A DNA stretch of 21,464 bases from Nitrososphaeraceae archaeon. Lineage in GTDB: Archaea; Thermoproteota; Nitrososphaeria; Nitrososphaerales; Nitrososphaeraceae. The position numbers and the translations under genes were made by a program. Below are positions 18,927 through 21,464 of this stretch, piece by piece. Every line of letters starts with the position of its first letter. The first letter of the stretch is position 1. The stretch covers positions 1 through 21,464 of the forward strand of contig DATGZA010000071.1 in NCBI GenBank assembly GCA_035297365.1, written 5' to 3'. A model generated the notes under the pieces. That model made no database searches, had not been told where the DNA came from, and was given only the letters and a program-made list of their open reading frames with translations.

Positions 18927-20513
18927 ATGCCTATTCCTGGGATTGATGTCTTATTGGGAAGAAAAATATCAAATAAAGAGATAGAGGACAATAATCTTTT
19001 CTTACTGATAGGCCCAAGGGCTGTCGGCAAGACAACTTATTGTAAAACTTTTTTGGCTGAATCCCTGGCTAATAATAACCATGTGATTTACATAAGTTCC
19101 AATATTATGTTAAAACAATTTAGAAATTTCTTTCCTAATGTTAAATCAGATACAATTCTTTCTAATTCTCTTTTTGTCAATCCTTTTCTAAAAGAGGATA
19201 CAGATGATTTAAATATTCACAATAAATTAAACTTAGATAATAAATTATTCTCAACTCTTAAAGAAGTCGAGCGAAGATTTTTAGAAATAGATAAAGATAG
19301 TAAAAATAATAAAGAAGAAAACTCGCGTAGACCTGATGGTATGGAAACATCAAAAGATAAGGAGAATCTCGCGTATATTGATGGTTCAACAAGTAAAGAT
19401 AGTTATAGTAATAATACCGTTTTAGTACTAGATTCAATTTCACATCTATGTACAATTTTTGACGAAAAAGATGTATTACGTTTTATTAATCTATTATCTC
19501 TCTTTCTAAAAAGCAAAGGAGTCAAATCCATATTTACGGTAAATAATCTAACACTTGATGAGAACATTATTGAAAAAGTGAGTACCTTATTTGATACAAT
19601 ACTGGAAATGAAAATGGAGGAAGGTAAAAACGCTGAAGATGGTAAAAGAATGATCCGAATAGCCTCTTTCACAGGAGAAAAAATACCTTCAAAATGGGTC
19701 AATATCCATACTAACGGTACTGGAAGATTGCTTTTTGAAGGACCATCTTCATCAAAGAAAGTATCCTTAATCTGTAGCGTGTGTAAGATACCAATTACTG
19801 AAAATCCAGTTTTTCACCAAGATATGGCTTTTCATAAAAATCATTTAGAAGTCTATGTTAAATTGCATGGAATTTATGGGGACTCTGGAATGACTAACAT
19901 AGGACAGTCCACAGTTCTGGATGCAAACTTTTTCTTTATAGATATAGTAGGACTTTCAAATCCGTTGTTATCTGTAAGAAAACAGATACAGAAGATAGAA
20001 TTACTAAACAATTTGATATCTATCTGTGCTGCTTTTCGAAAAAATACTGAAAAAAAAGTGTTGGCAACGGGTGATGGTATGGCAATAGGATTCATCTCAA
20101 ACCCTGAAGCTCCTCTTGAACTAAGTATCCAGTTGCATAATGAACTACGCAAGCACAACGAAAATGCTTTTGATGATGATTCCAAACTTGGTATCAGAAT
20201 TGGCTTGGCTTCTGGCTCCGTGTATATTGTCAATGATATTAACAATAATCAGAATATTTGGGGCCCTGGTATTATATTTGCAAGAAGAGTTATGGATATA
20301 GGTGATGGATGGCATATTTTGTTAGAAGGAGCACTGGCAGAAAATTTGATGCTATTAGATGATAAATATAAAGAAATCATACATTATATAGGAGATCACC
20401 AGGTAAAACATGGTCAGGTGATAAAAATGTATTCTGCTTATGATGACAAAAATTTTGGAAATTCTGAATTACCGCAAAAGTTCCAGTCTTTGACAAAAAA
20501 AGTAACATTTTAA
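18927..20513 (+). CDS. Fusion protein: KaiC/RAD55-like P-loop ATPase + CxxC-x16-HxxH zinc finger + class III nucleotide cyclase
   Basis: aa 1-270: 'IPGIDVLL', Walker A GPRAVGKT (29-36), Walker B VLVLDS (D169) and 'VSTLFDTILEM'. aa 283-306: CSVC...HKNH. aa ~331-510: FFFIDIVGLS (D339), TGDG (D383), IRIGLASGSV, NIWGPGIIFARRVMD, HILL and VKH. Confidence 0.9.
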   Translation: MPIPGIDVLLGRKISNKEIEDNNLFLLIGPRAVGKTTYCKTFLAESLANNNHVIYISSNIMLKQFRNFFPNVKSDTILSNSLFVNPFLKEDTDDLNIHNKLNLDNKLFSTLKEVERRFLEIDKDSKNNKEENSRRPDGMETSKDKENLAYIDGSTSKDSYSNNTVLVLDSISHLCTIFDEKDVLRFINLLSLFLKSKGVKSIFTVNNLTLDENIIEKVSTLFDTILEMKMEEGKNAEDGKRMIRIASFTGEKIPSKWVNIHTNGTGRLLFEGPSSSKKVSLICSVCKIPITENPVFHQDMAFHKNHLEVYVKLHGIYGDSGMTNIGQSTVLDANFFFIDIVGLSNPLLSVRKQIQKIELLNNLISICAAFRKNTEKKVLATGDGMAIGFISNPEAPLELSIQLHNELRKHNENAFDDDSKLGIRIGLASGSVYIVNDINNNQNIWGPGIIFARRVMDIGDGWHILLEGALAENLMLLDDKYKEIIHYIGDHQVKHGQVIKMYSAYDDKNFGNSELPQKFQSLTKKVTF

Positions 20514-21464
20514 TTTAAAAATGATTATAAAACAAACATCATAATATCAAAATAAGATTATACTAATAAATAAGATTACTCATACCAATAAGCCTATTTT
20601 TTCTAATCAAATTTGCTAATTAGTATATCTAACAGAGAAAAGCTATCTTCCATCGAGTTTGCGTATAATGTCAAACTATAGTGACTAACTAAATTTGCTA
20701 TATTCTGAAAAAATGGAAAATATGTAATTTAAAGCTTAAATTTTTATTGAACAGAACTTGGAAATGAATCTTTGTAAGTCAGTGTAGTAGAACTATTTTT
20801 TTTAGAAAGTAGTCAGAAAATAGGATAAATCTAACCCTGTTAGAAAATATTCAATAAGTGACCATTGGGATTATGATATTATTCTTGATTTAACAGACAT
20901 CATTGATTATAATTCCATGTCAATCATTTGTTCTTCGATCTATTTCGATGACAGTAAAATCTGTACATTTGGTTATGTTTGGACTATATTCTTCCCTAAT
21001 GAGTAACTCAAGAATGACTGTTTCAAGACATAATCATCTAATACAAATAATCGATATTACAACAACAGATTGTTAAATATTGGGAAGTATGTCCAAAGCA
21101 GAGCTAGATACCAATCTGCGAAACACAGTTAAAGATTCGAAGGATATAGTAAACAGAGAAAAAGAATTTGTTAAAGAGAAGACAGGATTTAGTCTGGACC
21201 CATTGAAATTGATAACACGTTGTAATGGACATTCTTTTACTCCTATCATTATAACAAGTATAGAAAGATGTGATAAAGGTGCGGGGTGTTAAAGATAAAA
21301 ACAATAATACTAGAAGGTGTACACATTGACTACAAATATCACAGTAGCTAAATTGTAAAGAAAATTGAATATCAATCGAGACGTGTTCTACAACTGGAAA
21401 CACAAATTCATAGATTATGATAGGATGGCACTTTCAGGTTGCAGTAAACAATACGAATAAACAA

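Noticed and set aside
18927-19736. Calling the gene kaiC (circadian clock) or radA/radB
   Set aside because: It has only one degenerate KaiC-like domain, there is no kaiA/kaiB nearby, and RadA-specific features are absent.
12403-20245. Shadow ORFs 12403-12639, 15181-15399, 17034-17216, 17269-17523, 19258-19455, 19403-19702 and 19874-20245
   Set aside because: Antisense to better-supported genes, with no independent coding signal.
18927-20513. Interpreting the cyclase as a Pycsar/CBASS-like antiviral operon
   Set aside because: No adjacent cNMP-binding, TIR or TM effector gene is co-transcribed. The gene is isolated, so a defence role is unsupported by this window.
20609-20700. AAATTTGCTA repeated at 20609 and 20691
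   Set aside because: A 10-bp AT-rich match with only two copies, expected by chance at this composition.
20840-21420. ORFs 21080-21292 (+) and 21104-21403 (-) and nearby open stretches
   Set aside because: They overlap each other and contain no recognisable motifs. They may be debris of a decayed gene, but I cannot assign a family or strand with confidence.

Overview
AT-rich archaeal DNA, most consistent with an ammonia-oxidising archaeon (Nitrososphaerota, Nitrosocosmicus-like). This is inferred from the gene families, TATA-type promoters and low coding density. Positions 1-8193 hold most of an A/V-type ATP synthase operon in the order (E, partial)-C-F-A-B-D-H-I. That order matches the Thermoplasmatales-type 'V-type-like' operon known to have been acquired horizontally by some thaumarchaea; subunit K probably lies upstream of the window. 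Positions 8.2-21.5 kb are a sparsely coding accessory region with a VOC/PhnB-like protein, a divergent single-TRAM RNA-binding protein, a DUF4328 membrane protein and several small hypothetical proteins. Two decayed transposases are not visible as such in the ORF track: an IS1595/ISH4-group remnant and an IS5-like HTH_Tnp_4 remnant. The most interesting gene is a 528-aa fusion of a degenerate KaiC/RAD55-like P-loop ATPase, a LIM-like CxxC-x16-HxxH zinc finger and a non-canonical class III nucleotide cyclase, a candidate one-component cyclic-nucleotide signalling system. No rRNA, tRNA or CRISPR array was found. All family assignments come from motif recognition, not database searches.
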